Shown here in pieces: positions 1 to 8,884 of a stretch of DNA of 64,000 nt; the stretch's first letter is position 1, and each line of letters begins with the position of its first letter. Source of the DNA: a virus; IMG/VR virus record IMGVR_UViG_3300020172_001416, positions 34,788 through 98,787 of that record; one strand, 5' to 3'. The notes below the pieces were generated by a model that was not told the origin of the DNA, did not search any database, and saw only the letters and a program-made list of their open reading frames with translations. A program made the translations under genes and the position numbers.

Positions 1-3000
1 GGGGCTGTTGGGGCTGGGTTTGCTGTACAAGCGGCACAAGCGGCCTACGCATTACAAAATTTTAATAATGGACTAGTAGGATTAAACGTAGCAAATGCAA
101 ACCTTGTCGGCGGTTCTGCATTACAAGCCGGACTTTCTACTTTAGCAAAATATTCGTCATATCTAGCGGTAATAGTAGCTGGAGTCAAGTTAGCTGCTCA
201 ACGTAGACAACAGGGTAGAGAAGACAACTCTGCTCCGTGGAAAATGACCCGGGCAGATTTTCCAAATATCACTTCACAAGCGATTGCAGGAAATAGTAAT
301 AGACGTTCTATCGAAAGATTGTATGATTCTAGAAAAGAAACAGACTTAGCACTAAAGAGAAATCAAGTATCCACGGAAGAAGCTATTGCACTTCTTGTAC
401 GTGAAACTTTAGCTGACGCATTGTTCTGCATTTCAAACCCATCTGGCAATGCAATTACCCCGCCGGAACATCCTGGTCCTGGCGGCAATGGTACAGAAAG
501 ACCAAGCTGGGTAAATAAAGATGCGCTAATAAATCATTTTCCATTTAAGCACGTAACCACGGGATCAGATAAAGTAGAAAGAACTTATGTAAATGCATTA
601 ATATATCTCAAAAATTATATTGATTTAATTGATGCTATCGTAAATGTACAAAACCAATCATTGTCCCGTTCTCCGGACGTAAATCAGGCAACCATCAATA
701 TCCCACTTCGCATTACGTTATCAACTGCAAATGTACAGTTGTTTGATGCGATGGCAAATGCCGCTCGTGAAGTAATTCGAGAAAAAGTACTAACATTCTT
801 TGATGAAAATAGAGAATACAAGACATTACTTAATCTTGGAAATGATAGACAATATGTAGCAGAATCGTGGCGTCTTGCCCCAACAATAAGTGGGTCTGTA
901 CAATTAAAGTTATTAACTCCACTTGACCAAACGGTTACGGTAGAAACGCGGGCATTTATTAGTAGAGAATTAGCAGAATCCGTTGTAGATATTGTAGATT
1001 TTGATGCGGGTCCAGCATTAGATAATACTCCATATTTACGTCCATTTAATATGGATTCTAGAAACTTTGTAGATAACAAGATGGCAGCTGCAAATGTTTC
1101 TCTTACTACGTTGGGACTTGCAACGGGGTCCGCTGGTACAATTATTAACGGCACTACGATTAGCTATGGCGACGATGTATTCCGACGGTGGTTTACCGGC
1201 GACTTTAAGTCATCTGAATTGAATATTGATTTTACTGATTATAACAATTTCATACATTTCGGTTCTGCATATAACAGACTTGACGCATTTAAGCAAAAGC
1301 TTTTAAAAATTGAGGAGCTAACTTCTGCTAGTATTTCATCAAGTGTATCAAGTAGTACTATCAGTTTGATGTTGAAGGCAAAGGAAAAAGAAAACATTAT
1401 CAGAAACTTTGATGCTTATGAACAATTCCTTTACTACGCAAGTCAATCCATAGCATATTCAGCTAGTGCATATTATGTAAGCTCGGAAGTTGAATATAAT
1501 GTTACTGGGTCGTGGCCAAAACAATCAGATGGAACGGTCCATAGCCCAAATAGTACCGTAGCTATAAATTGGCTAACAATGCAGCAAGGCATTGCTGAAC
1601 GATATGATGACAATAATCCAAATTATTTAATAAAGAGTTTACCGAATCACATTCAAGAAGATGCGGAATCGGATGAATTCTTGATGTTTTTTGCGATGGT
1701 CGGTCACTTGATGGATAATATCAAGGTATACATTGACCAGTTCCATAATATCTATTCAACTAAGATAGACCCGTTGCAAGAACTAACGATGGACCAAGTG
1801 TATGAAGTGGCACAATCATTTGGTTTAAAGTTACCTAATGTGTATGCGCTTGAAAATCTACAAACATTCAATGCACAATTTACCGGTGAAACCGGTTCAC
1901 GTGCATATGTAGCAGAAACGTGGAAGCGGTTCTTGCACAGTATGGTTTACTTCAATAAAACCAAGGGGTCACGTACATCATTTGATGCATTATTAAATAC
2001 GTACGGGATTAGTTCACCCGTTCTACAAATTAAAGAAACTACATATCCCGTAGCAGGTAATTATATTAAGTCCGATGAACTAACGTATGGGCTACAATTT
2101 ACCGCGTCGGTCGATAACTTCGTCAGAGTTCCGTTCGTTTCTTCTTCTATAACTGCGTCAACCCTACAACTACGATTTGTACCAAATAGAGTACAAAGCA
2201 GTTCTCTTGTTACGAGTGATACTTGGGCAATTGATTTAATTCCACATCCATCTGCGTCAAAAACAGAATATGGTAAAATTCACGTAGTAAGTGGGTCTGG
2301 AAGAACTATTATCGCAACCAGTAGTTATTTCCCATTGTTCAGTGATGACTACACAAACATTATGTTACGTAGTCAATCTGGAGATATTACCATCGTACAA
2401 ACGGACGGTGACCAAATATTATTCCAAGAATCCGCATCAGTAAATCTTTCTTCGTTATGGAACAGTACCACATATGCTTATGTTGGTGGGTCTGGTTCTA
2501 TTAAGCTTAGTGGTAAATTTGACGGTATTATAGATGAAATTAGAGTTTGGGGAGAAAATATCTCAGATGACGATTTTATCTCACAAGCATACGATCCGGG
2601 TTCGTATTACGGAAATAGTTATACTTCGTCATACGCAACATTATTTGTACACGTACCATTCAGTCAACCGCTATCATCAATCACTGCATCTGTAACTAAC
2701 GAAAGTCCGTATCAAAATGTATCTATTGTATCTACATTACCTGCTACTGGATTTACAACCGCATCCTTCAAGAGAATTTCTCGTACGGTTAAGCAATTTA
2801 CCCCAATTGTCGGTTCTACCTCATATACCAACAATAAGGTTGTTGTCGCGCCGGCACCAGTATTCAGTAAGCAATTTATTGATGAAAGTGGAAGTAAAGT
2901 ACTTAGTTCAAAGGTCAGTATAAAACAAATTGAAGACAAGCAATATATTGGTGGACAAAATATAGTTGCATTTAATATCTCACCAGTAGATTTTATTAAT

Positions 3001-4545
3001 CAAAATATTATGCGGTCGATGGGCGTGGTGGACGTTAACAACATCATCGGTAGTCCTCGCTACACCACGGGGTCTGTATACAGTAGCCTCGACATTTTAC
3101 AACGGCAATATAAGAAATATTTTAATAAAACTGTAAATCCAAACGAATATACTAGATTCTTTAAGGATTTGGTACAAGGTCCGAGTGAATTGGCTGATGA
3201 TATGGCGCCTGCCCGTGCTAAGTTGCTAGATGGAATAGTAATTGAATCATCTATCCTATCACGTAACAAGGATACATTAGTTCGCTCAACCAGAGTCGAT
3301 GGTAGTAATACAAGAGACTTTGACGCATATGTGTCTGGGTCTGGTTCCAGTGCGGTTGGGGCATATGACTTCTCTGCAAACTTTGCAAAGTTTAGTTTAT
3401 TACCATCTGCAAGTTCCTACACATTACCAATTGATGGGATATTGCCGGTAACTGATACGGTCAATGTGGTTGACAGTACGCTTTCGTCAAAGTTACCACC
3501 ATTCCGAAAAGTAAAACAAGTTATCGGTAATTCAAACGTTACATCATCCTTATTAGACAATAATAGCTCGTTCAGTTCCATAGAAGCACTTACAATAGAT
3601 ACAAGTGTCGGAACTAATACACTTTCCGCTGGTTATGCTCGCAACCCATATCTTGGAATTGCATCACGGTTAGGCGGTGAAGATAATACACTTACACCAT
3701 TCTACAACATTCCACCACGGTCAGACTTGACAGAAGTTGGAACAACCAGTTATTTTCATAAAGAAAGTGGAAAATATTATTACGATATTTATACACCATA
3801 CAGACAATTATACACTGTTCGATTAGACACCAGAACCGATTCACCGATAGACAGAGTGTATGCAAAGGTAACATTACTTCCATCAAGTTCTATTGCATTA
3901 GAATATGGAAGAAATATCACCAAAATAGCACAGACTACATACGAATCGGGTTCTTCTGCTCAAGGAACAACTGGTGTAATTAAGATAGCTAATATATTCA
4001 GTCTTTATGGGGTATCGGGTGCGCCGGGATTGAGAGTCCGCATGTACGCCTCGGATGTAGATAGAGGTGCAGATATCTCACGTGATTTTACTACACTTCC
4101 GAGTGGAAGTTCTGGAGTTCTATTTGATGGTTTACTTGAAGAAATACCGGCTGTATTTCCGTATGTATTGATGCAAACTCAAGGGTCTAATATCTATTAT
4201 ACCATTAATAATCAAACCGGTGCATCAATAACGTCTGAAATTGAATTTGATTATTTTGCATACGAACCGGATAATCTATCACCAATGGGGTACCTCCCCC
4301 GCCATTACAAGTTCAGTAGAGACAATAATACTGCACTAAAGCGTAGAAATTATCTAGGATGTCGAGATACCAATAGTACGTTTGACAATAAGCCACCATT
4401 TAGTGTATCAATTTCTAGTGAATTTAATGTGGTGGTAAACACAAACACCACACAAACTACCTCTGGAGCCGGCGGTACCGTCCAGATTCCAGAACAAATG
4501 GACACCATTACGTTTGGCGGCGGTGGTCAGTTAGACGTAAAATAA
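1..4545 (+). CDS. Large virion structural protein, probably baseplate wedge-like, with a LamG-like region; 5'-truncated by the window
   Basis: The frame of the 244..4545 ORF is open from base 1 (GAVGAGFAVQ...). S/T/G-rich composition. KTKGSRTSFDALLNTYGI resembles baseplate/tail-I-type motifs and FDGIIDEIRVW is LamG-like. Confidence 0.6.
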   Translation, partial: GAVGAGFAVQAAQAAYALQNFNNGLVGLNVANANLVGGSALQAGLSTLAKYSSYLAVIVAGVKLAAQRRQQGREDNSAPWKMTRADFPNITSQAIAGNSNRRSIERLYDSRKETDLALKRNQVSTEEAIALLVRETLADALFCISNPSGNAITPPEHPGPGGNGTERPSWVNKDALINHFPFKHVTTGSDKVERTYVNALIYLKNYIDLIDAIVNVQNQSLSRSPDVNQATINIPLRITLSTANVQLFDAMANAAREVIREKVLTFFDENREYKTLLNLGNDRQYVAESWRLAPTISGSVQLKLLTPLDQTVTVETRAFISRELAESVVDIVDFDAGPALDNTPYLRPFNMDSRNFVDNKMAAANVSLTTLGLATGSAGTIINGTTISYGDDVFRRWFTGDFKSSELNIDFTDYNNFIHFGSAYNRLDAFKQKLLKIEELTSASISSSVSSSTISLMLKAKEKENIIRNFDAYEQFLYYASQSIAYSASAYYVSSEVEYNVTGSWPKQSDGTVHSPNSTVAINWLTMQQGIAERYDDNNPNYLIKSLPNHIQEDAESDEFLMFFAMVGHLMDNIKVYIDQFHNIYSTKIDPLQELTMDQVYEVAQSFGLKLPNVYALENLQTFNAQFTGETGSRAYVAETWKRFLHSMVYFNKTKGSRTSFDALLNTYGISSPVLQIKETTYPVAGNYIKSDELTYGLQFTASVDNFVRVPFVSSSITASTLQLRFVPNRVQSSSLVTSDTWAIDLIPHPSASKTEYGKIHVVSGSGRTIIATSSYFPLFSDDYTNIMLRSQSGDITIVQTDGDQILFQESASVNLSSLWNSTTYAYVGGSGSIKLSGKFDGIIDEIRVWGENISDDDFISQAYDPGSYYGNSYTSSYATLFVHVPFSQPLSSITASVTNESPYQNVSIVSTLPATGFTTASFKRISRTVKQFTPIVGSTSYTNNKVVVAPAPVFSKQFIDESGSKVLSSKVSIKQIEDKQYIGGQNIVAFNISPVDFINQNIMRSMGVVDVNNIIGSPRYTTGSVYSSLDILQRQYKKYFNKTVNPNEYTRFFKDLVQGPSELADDMAPARAKLLDGIVIESSILSRNKDTLVRSTRVDGSNTRDFDAYVSGSGSSAVGAYDFSANFAKFSLLPSASSYTLPIDGILPVTDTVNVVDSTLSSKLPPFRKVKQVIGNSNVTSSLLDNNSSFSSIEALTIDTSVGTNTLSAGYARNPYLGIASRLGGEDNTLTPFYNIPPRSDLTEVGTTSYFHKESGKYYYDIYTPYRQLYTVRLDTRTDSPIDRVYAKVTLLPSSSIALEYGRNITKIAQTTYESGSSAQGTTGVIKIANIFSLYGVSGAPGLRVRMYASDVDRGADISRDFTTLPSGSSGVLFDGLLEEIPAVFPYVLMQTQGSNIYYTINNQTGASITSEIEFDYFAYEPDNLSPMGYLPRHYKFSRDNNTALKRRNYLGCRDTNSTFDNKPPFSVSISSEFNVVVNTNTTQTTSGAGGTVQIPEQMDTITFGGGGQLDVK

Positions 4546-4567
4546 TTGACTTAAATTAAATTACTTT

Positions 4568-4576
4568 ATACTTATA
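4568..4576 (+). promoter_or_regulatory. Putative late promoter motif ATACTTATA
   Basis: Copy of the recurring (A/C)TA(T/C)TTA(T/A) motif about 30 nt upstream of a structural gene, followed by SD AGGAG. Confidence 0.5.
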
Positions 4577-4608
4577 GTAGATGTACCTTACTCAGGAGAT
4601 TAAGAAAT

Positions 4609-5265
4609 ATGGGATACCTAGATAAATCCACAATTACCGTGGACGCTATTTTAACCAATCGTGGACGGGAACTCTTGTCGCAAGGGACCGGCACGGGTAA
4701 TTTCCAAATTACCAAGTTCGCAGTCGCAGACGACGAAGTGGATTACGGTCTTTATAATACCGCTCACCCACTAGGGTCAAACTATTACGGTGCAATTATT
4801 GAAAACATGCCCGTATTAGAGGCAACTCCTGATGAAACGCAAATCATGCGGTATAAGTTGGTAACGATTACTCAACCTGAATTATCGCAAACTGCAGGAA
4901 CGCCAATCATTCCTCAAATTGAAATTCAAGGAACATCAATCCCAACAAGCGGTACACTTACTATCTATAGAACCGGTACATCGGGAACCACCAATATTAC
5001 CGTTACACCTATTACTACATACACCTCTACTTCTCCTTCAAAAGCTGAGACTAGTTATACAATTCTTTTGGCAGATAGTTCATTAGCAGAAGTACAAATA
5101 GTAACACCGAATACAGGAATAGTTCCTGCAAATAGTAGAGGGTCAATCGTTGCCAATGGGCTATCATTTAAGATTAGTTCTAAAACAAAGACCGGATCAA
5201 CCTCTGTTTCAATCTTTGGTGCAGAATCCGGTGCCGTATATAATTTTACGTTAACAATCGCATAA
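4609..5265 (+). CDS. Virion structural protein (baseplate region)
   Basis: 218 aa, SD AGGAG. N-terminus VDAILTNRGRELL...ITKFAVADDEVDY resembles phage baseplate/tail proteins; S/T-rich beta-type C-terminus. Confidence 0.5.
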   Translation: MGYLDKSTITVDAILTNRGRELLSQGTGTGNFQITKFAVADDEVDYGLYNTAHPLGSNYYGAIIENMPVLEATPDETQIMRYKLVTITQPELSQTAGTPIIPQIEIQGTSIPTSGTLTIYRTGTSGTTNITVTPITTYTSTSPSKAETSYTILLADSSLAEVQIVTPNTGIVPANSRGSIVANGLSFKISSKTKTGSTSVSIFGAESGAVYNFTLTIA

Positions 5266-5277
5266 TAGGAATATCAC

Positions 5278-6336
5278 ATGCCATATAGTATTTTTACAAC
5301 CTTAGATACCGGCAGTGACATAACATCATTACGTAGTAATGAAGTAACTACGGGGATGTGGTCAGGAGACACGGGAAGTCTTTCAGCAATATACACTTCA
5401 AGTGTACAATTTGCAAATTCTGGTGAGTTTTATTATGACCTCTATAACGGGGTAGATACCACTGCGTCTGACATTCAATTCTCTGTAGCATACGGACACG
5501 TAAGTGGAGCGGGTTCTCCTCCGCTTACTTCATTAAATACATCAACATTGCCTACACAAGTTACGTACGCTCAGTATCGTAATATTTTGTTGAGTAAAGA
5601 CGTTTCCTTATTCTCATTTAACGAAGTAGATTCGGAAGATATTTACGTCATCAACGTACAACGTTCACGTTTAAAGCAAGCAATTGACCCAGGCAACTGG
5701 CAATTAGGATTGTCGGGATCACGCGGCATCCGTACCTTTATTGACGATAGTGGTCTTGGAACCGCTGTTGTTGGAAACCTTGTTGCAAATAATGTGTACA
5801 ATATTCGCTCTGGCACACTTGATGCGGGGATTGCAACGAGTGACAGTACAGTATATGGATTAGTATTCCCAGACTACGGTGTTATCGTACTACGTCCTTC
5901 CGTGGTCAGTTCGTCGGTTGGGTTTATTACTCCTTCAAACAACATTAGAACCTCTACCTCTCGCCCATTTGCGCCATATACGGGTAGTAGTATTACTACT
6001 TATCAGTACCAACACGAAGGTTTAGTTCGTTCAATCTCTTCTTCTATGGCAGCGGGCTCACCATTCATCGCACGTTCCGCAGAAAAGATTACATCAAATA
6101 ACTACTTCATACGTTTGAAGAACGGAAACTATAACTACTCCAATAATCCAACATACTATAGTGGGTCAAATCCACAAACGCCACTCACACCGTTCCTTGA
6201 TAATCCAATCACATATCCAACCACAATTGGACTATACAACGACGCAAATGAATTATTGGCAGTAGCAAAACTCAGTAGACCAATCCAAAAGAGTACAGAT
6301 AAAGAAGCATTGATTCGCGTTCGCTTAGACTACTAA
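5278..6336 (+). CDS. Virion structural protein (baseplate/fibre-attachment-like)
   Basis: 352 aa. C-terminal IGLYNDANELLAVAKLSRPIQK; paralogous to the next ORF. Confidence 0.5.
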   Translation: MPYSIFTTLDTGSDITSLRSNEVTTGMWSGDTGSLSAIYTSSVQFANSGEFYYDLYNGVDTTASDIQFSVAYGHVSGAGSPPLTSLNTSTLPTQVTYAQYRNILLSKDVSLFSFNEVDSEDIYVINVQRSRLKQAIDPGNWQLGLSGSRGIRTFIDDSGLGTAVVGNLVANNVYNIRSGTLDAGIATSDSTVYGLVFPDYGVIVLRPSVVSSSVGFITPSNNIRTSTSRPFAPYTGSSITTYQYQHEGLVRSISSSMAAGSPFIARSAEKITSNNYFIRLKNGNYNYSNNPTYYSGSNPQTPLTPFLDNPITYPTTIGLYNDANELLAVAKLSRPIQKSTDKEALIRVRLDY

Positions 6337-6358
6337 ACCGCTTTTCGGGTGGACAATT

Positions 6359-7180
6359 ATGACTCTTCCTGTTACTGCGTTTAAGTCTCTTGCTCCTACT
6401 GAGTACACTGTAACACCATTTCGAACATATGCCCAACATAGCTACACGCATGTTTCCGGGTCTACATCAAATTCTATTGATGTAAAAGTTCTATTTGGTA
6501 AGCAGTATGTAACTGGAAGCGGGTTACGTGTACAAAACGATGAGCATGAATTATATGATTCTATAGTTCAATCGTTTTACTCACCGATTCCATATACATC
6601 ATATGGAATTCAATCTTCTTCGTACTCACCATCGGGGTCGGTGTTTGTAGTAAGTGCAACACAAGACCTTGTTGGAGAAGAAATAAAACCTGGTACATTT
6701 ACTATTTCTATTGGTACATCGTCATCATATGATGATTCTACTGGAAATATATTTATATCACAGTCGGGTGTTGGATATAATATTGGCAGAATCTTTTACG
6801 ATAAAGGTATAGCAGTTATTAAGCCACTCATCGGAGTCTCGGGTAAAATTACAAGTGGTGGAATGTGTATCGTCAGCGGAACCAACGTAAACATACAGTT
6901 CACATCCTCGGTAAAATTGTTTGAACATTCTGTTAAAGTTAAGCTAAACCCAACAGACTTTCTATACTCGGTATATAATCCATCTGCCACAAAAAAGATG
7001 ATTACCGGGTCAACCGAAACACCGTTAGTATTGATGGCTTCTCAAAGTTTATATCCATATGTCACTTCAATCGGGTTATATAATCAAGATCATGAATTGG
7101 TGGCGGTAGCTAAACTGTCGAACCCAATCCAACGCACAGATTACAGCACGCAAACGTTTGTTGTTAAATTTGATACCTGA
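6359..7180 (+). CDS. Virion structural protein, paralogue of 5278..6336
   Basis: 273 aa. C-terminal IGLYNQDHELVAVAKLSNPIQR nearly matches the upstream ORF. Confidence 0.5.
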   Translation: MTLPVTAFKSLAPTEYTVTPFRTYAQHSYTHVSGSTSNSIDVKVLFGKQYVTGSGLRVQNDEHELYDSIVQSFYSPIPYTSYGIQSSSYSPSGSVFVVSATQDLVGEEIKPGTFTISIGTSSSYDDSTGNIFISQSGVGYNIGRIFYDKGIAVIKPLIGVSGKITSGGMCIVSGTNVNIQFTSSVKLFEHSVKVKLNPTDFLYSVYNPSATKKMITGSTETPLVLMASQSLYPYVTSIGLYNQDHELVAVAKLSNPIQRTDYSTQTFVVKFDT

Positions 7181-7188
7181 GGATTTTT

Positions 7189-7563
7189 ATGTCATTACTA
7201 GACTTATACAACAATTGGAATTTTAAAAACGGAAATACTTTAGGTACCAATAAAACACCTAGAGAACAAACCGAAGGTAAAGTTGCGGCAGACTTTTTAC
7301 CAAACACGTATCAATCAGAAGTTAGAAATCGTGACCCACACAACAAGACGGTTACACAAGCGGCAGCTGATGATGCAACTAATGGAACATTCAACACTAC
7401 CTCGGCATTCAAATATTATAGTACTTTAATTAACAGTCCGTTAAAAACATTTAAGTCTAAAGTAGTACACTTATACAACGCACAAGGAACCGATTCTACT
7501 AAATACGCAACTTCAAACGAAATTAGAAACACACCAGGCGCATTATATAATACAAACAGTTAA
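7189..7563 (+). CDS. Hypothetical protein
   Basis: 124-aa ORF with SD GAGGA, tightly packed between neighbours. Confidence 0.6.
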   Translation: MSLLDLYNNWNFKNGNTLGTNKTPREQTEGKVAADFLPNTYQSEVRNRDPHNKTVTQAAADDATNGTFNTTSAFKYYSTLINSPLKTFKSKVVHLYNAQGTDSTKYATSNEIRNTPGALYNTNS

Positions 7564-7580
7564 TGTTATAAGAGGTTACG

Positions 7581-7931
7581 ATGAAACCACGTAGTGCAAA
7601 AAATAAAGGTAAGCGGTTACAAAACGCAGTACGAGATATGATTTTAGAAAACTTCACACAATTGGAACCAGATGATGTGGTTTCAACCTTGATGGGTGAT
7701 AGTGGAACAGATATTAAGTTGTCACCTGCGGCGCGGAAGGTATTTCCCTACTCTCCAGAATGTAAGAACCAAGAAAAGATGAACATCTGGGCTTCTCTGG
7801 AACAAGCAGAAGGGAATACGAAAGAAGGAACGACTCCCGTTCTCTTCTTTAAGAGAAATAATACACCAGTGTACGCGGTTATTCCCGCAGAGCACTTCTT
7901 TCAACTGGTTAATAAAAAAGAAGTTGAATAA
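7581..7931 (+). CDS. Holliday junction resolvase-like PD-(D/E)XK nuclease
   Basis: SAKNKGKRLQ N-terminus, GTDI, and ECK catalytic motif; SD GAGGT. Confidence 0.65.
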   Translation: MKPRSAKNKGKRLQNAVRDMILENFTQLEPDDVVSTLMGDSGTDIKLSPAARKVFPYSPECKNQEKMNIWASLEQAEGNTKEGTTPVLFFKRNNTPVYAVIPAEHFFQLVNKKEVE

Positions 7932-7937
7932 GAAAAC

Positions 7938-7966
7938 TTGACAATTTATAGAAGAGAGGTTAGATT
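7938..7966 (+). promoter_or_regulatory. Sigma70-type promoter for primase and Mre11-Rad50
   Basis: TTGACA (7938-7943), N17, TAGATT (7961-7966). Confidence 0.7.
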
Positions 7967-7972
7967 TCTATT

Positions 7973-8884
7973 ATGAATCTAATCTCTCTTTTGTCGCAAA
8001 TATTAGGTGATTTTAAACAGTTTGGAAATGGTGAGCACTATTTCCAATGTCCTTTTTGCCATAATCATAAGAGAAAATTCGCTGTCAATTTGTTAAAAAA
8101 TGTTTTTCATTGTTGGCATTGTGGGGCTAAAGGACGTTCTTTAATAACACTATTTAAGAGACTGGATGTATCTCCTTCCCAAATGAAGGAGCTAAAGTCG
8201 CTTCTGTCCGATGACCAAGTACGGAACTATGTAGAAACAGCGGACGAAGTTACTGACCTTTATCTCCCGCCTGGTTTCAAGCCATTGTGGATTCCATCAA
8301 AAAATCTTCACTATAAGCACGCTGTTCGGTATATGAAGAACAGAGGAATTACGGGATACGATATTATCAGATATCAGATGGGATACACAGTTGATGGTCC
8401 GTATGCGAATCGTATTATTATCCCGTCGTACGATACAAATAACAAGCTAAATTATTTTATCGCCCGCAGTTTCTATGATGGCGGGATGAAATATAAGAAC
8501 CCACCTGTCTCAAAAAATGTGGTGATGTTCGAGAATCAAATTAATTGGAAGATGCCGTTGGTGCTGTGTGAAGGTGTGTTCGATGCTATCGCCATTCGTC
8601 GAAACGCCGTGCCACTTTTGGGTAAGTTCGTACCTAAAAAGCTATTGAAGCAAATGGTGAAGAACAAAGTCAAAGATGTCTATGTCGTACTGGATGATGA
8701 TGCATTAAACGATGCACGTGAAATCGAACAAACGTTAAATACATATGAGATGAATGTAAGGCTGGTAAACCTTGACAAGAAAGACCCTTCGGAGTTAGGT
8801 TTCAAGGATACGTGGGAATGCATCGAACGTGGGTCTGCAACAACATTTAAAGACTATATTGGTGGCAGGTTACAGAATATATGA
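7973..8884 (+). CDS. dnaG: DNA primase (zinc finger + TOPRIM)
   Basis: CPFC...HCWHC zinc-binding domain, RIIIP, YKNP, CEGVFD and LDDD TOPRIM motifs. Confidence 0.85.
   Translation: MNLISLLSQILGDFKQFGNGEHYFQCPFCHNHKRKFAVNLLKNVFHCWHCGAKGRSLITLFKRLDVSPSQMKELKSLLSDDQVRNYVETADEVTDLYLPPGFKPLWIPSKNLHYKHAVRYMKNRGITGYDIIRYQMGYTVDGPYANRIIIPSYDTNNKLNYFIARSFYDGGMKYKNPPVSKNVVMFENQINWKMPLVLCEGVFDAIAIRRNAVPLLGKFVPKKLLKQMVKNKVKDVYVVLDDDALNDAREIEQTLNTYEMNVRLVNLDKKDPSELGFKDTWECIERGSATTFKDYIGGRLQNI

Noticed and set aside
4546-4578. TTGACT as a sigma70 -35 box upstream of 4609
   Set aside because: Spacing to the candidate -10 boxes is 15 or 21 nt rather than about 17; the late-type motif explains the site better.
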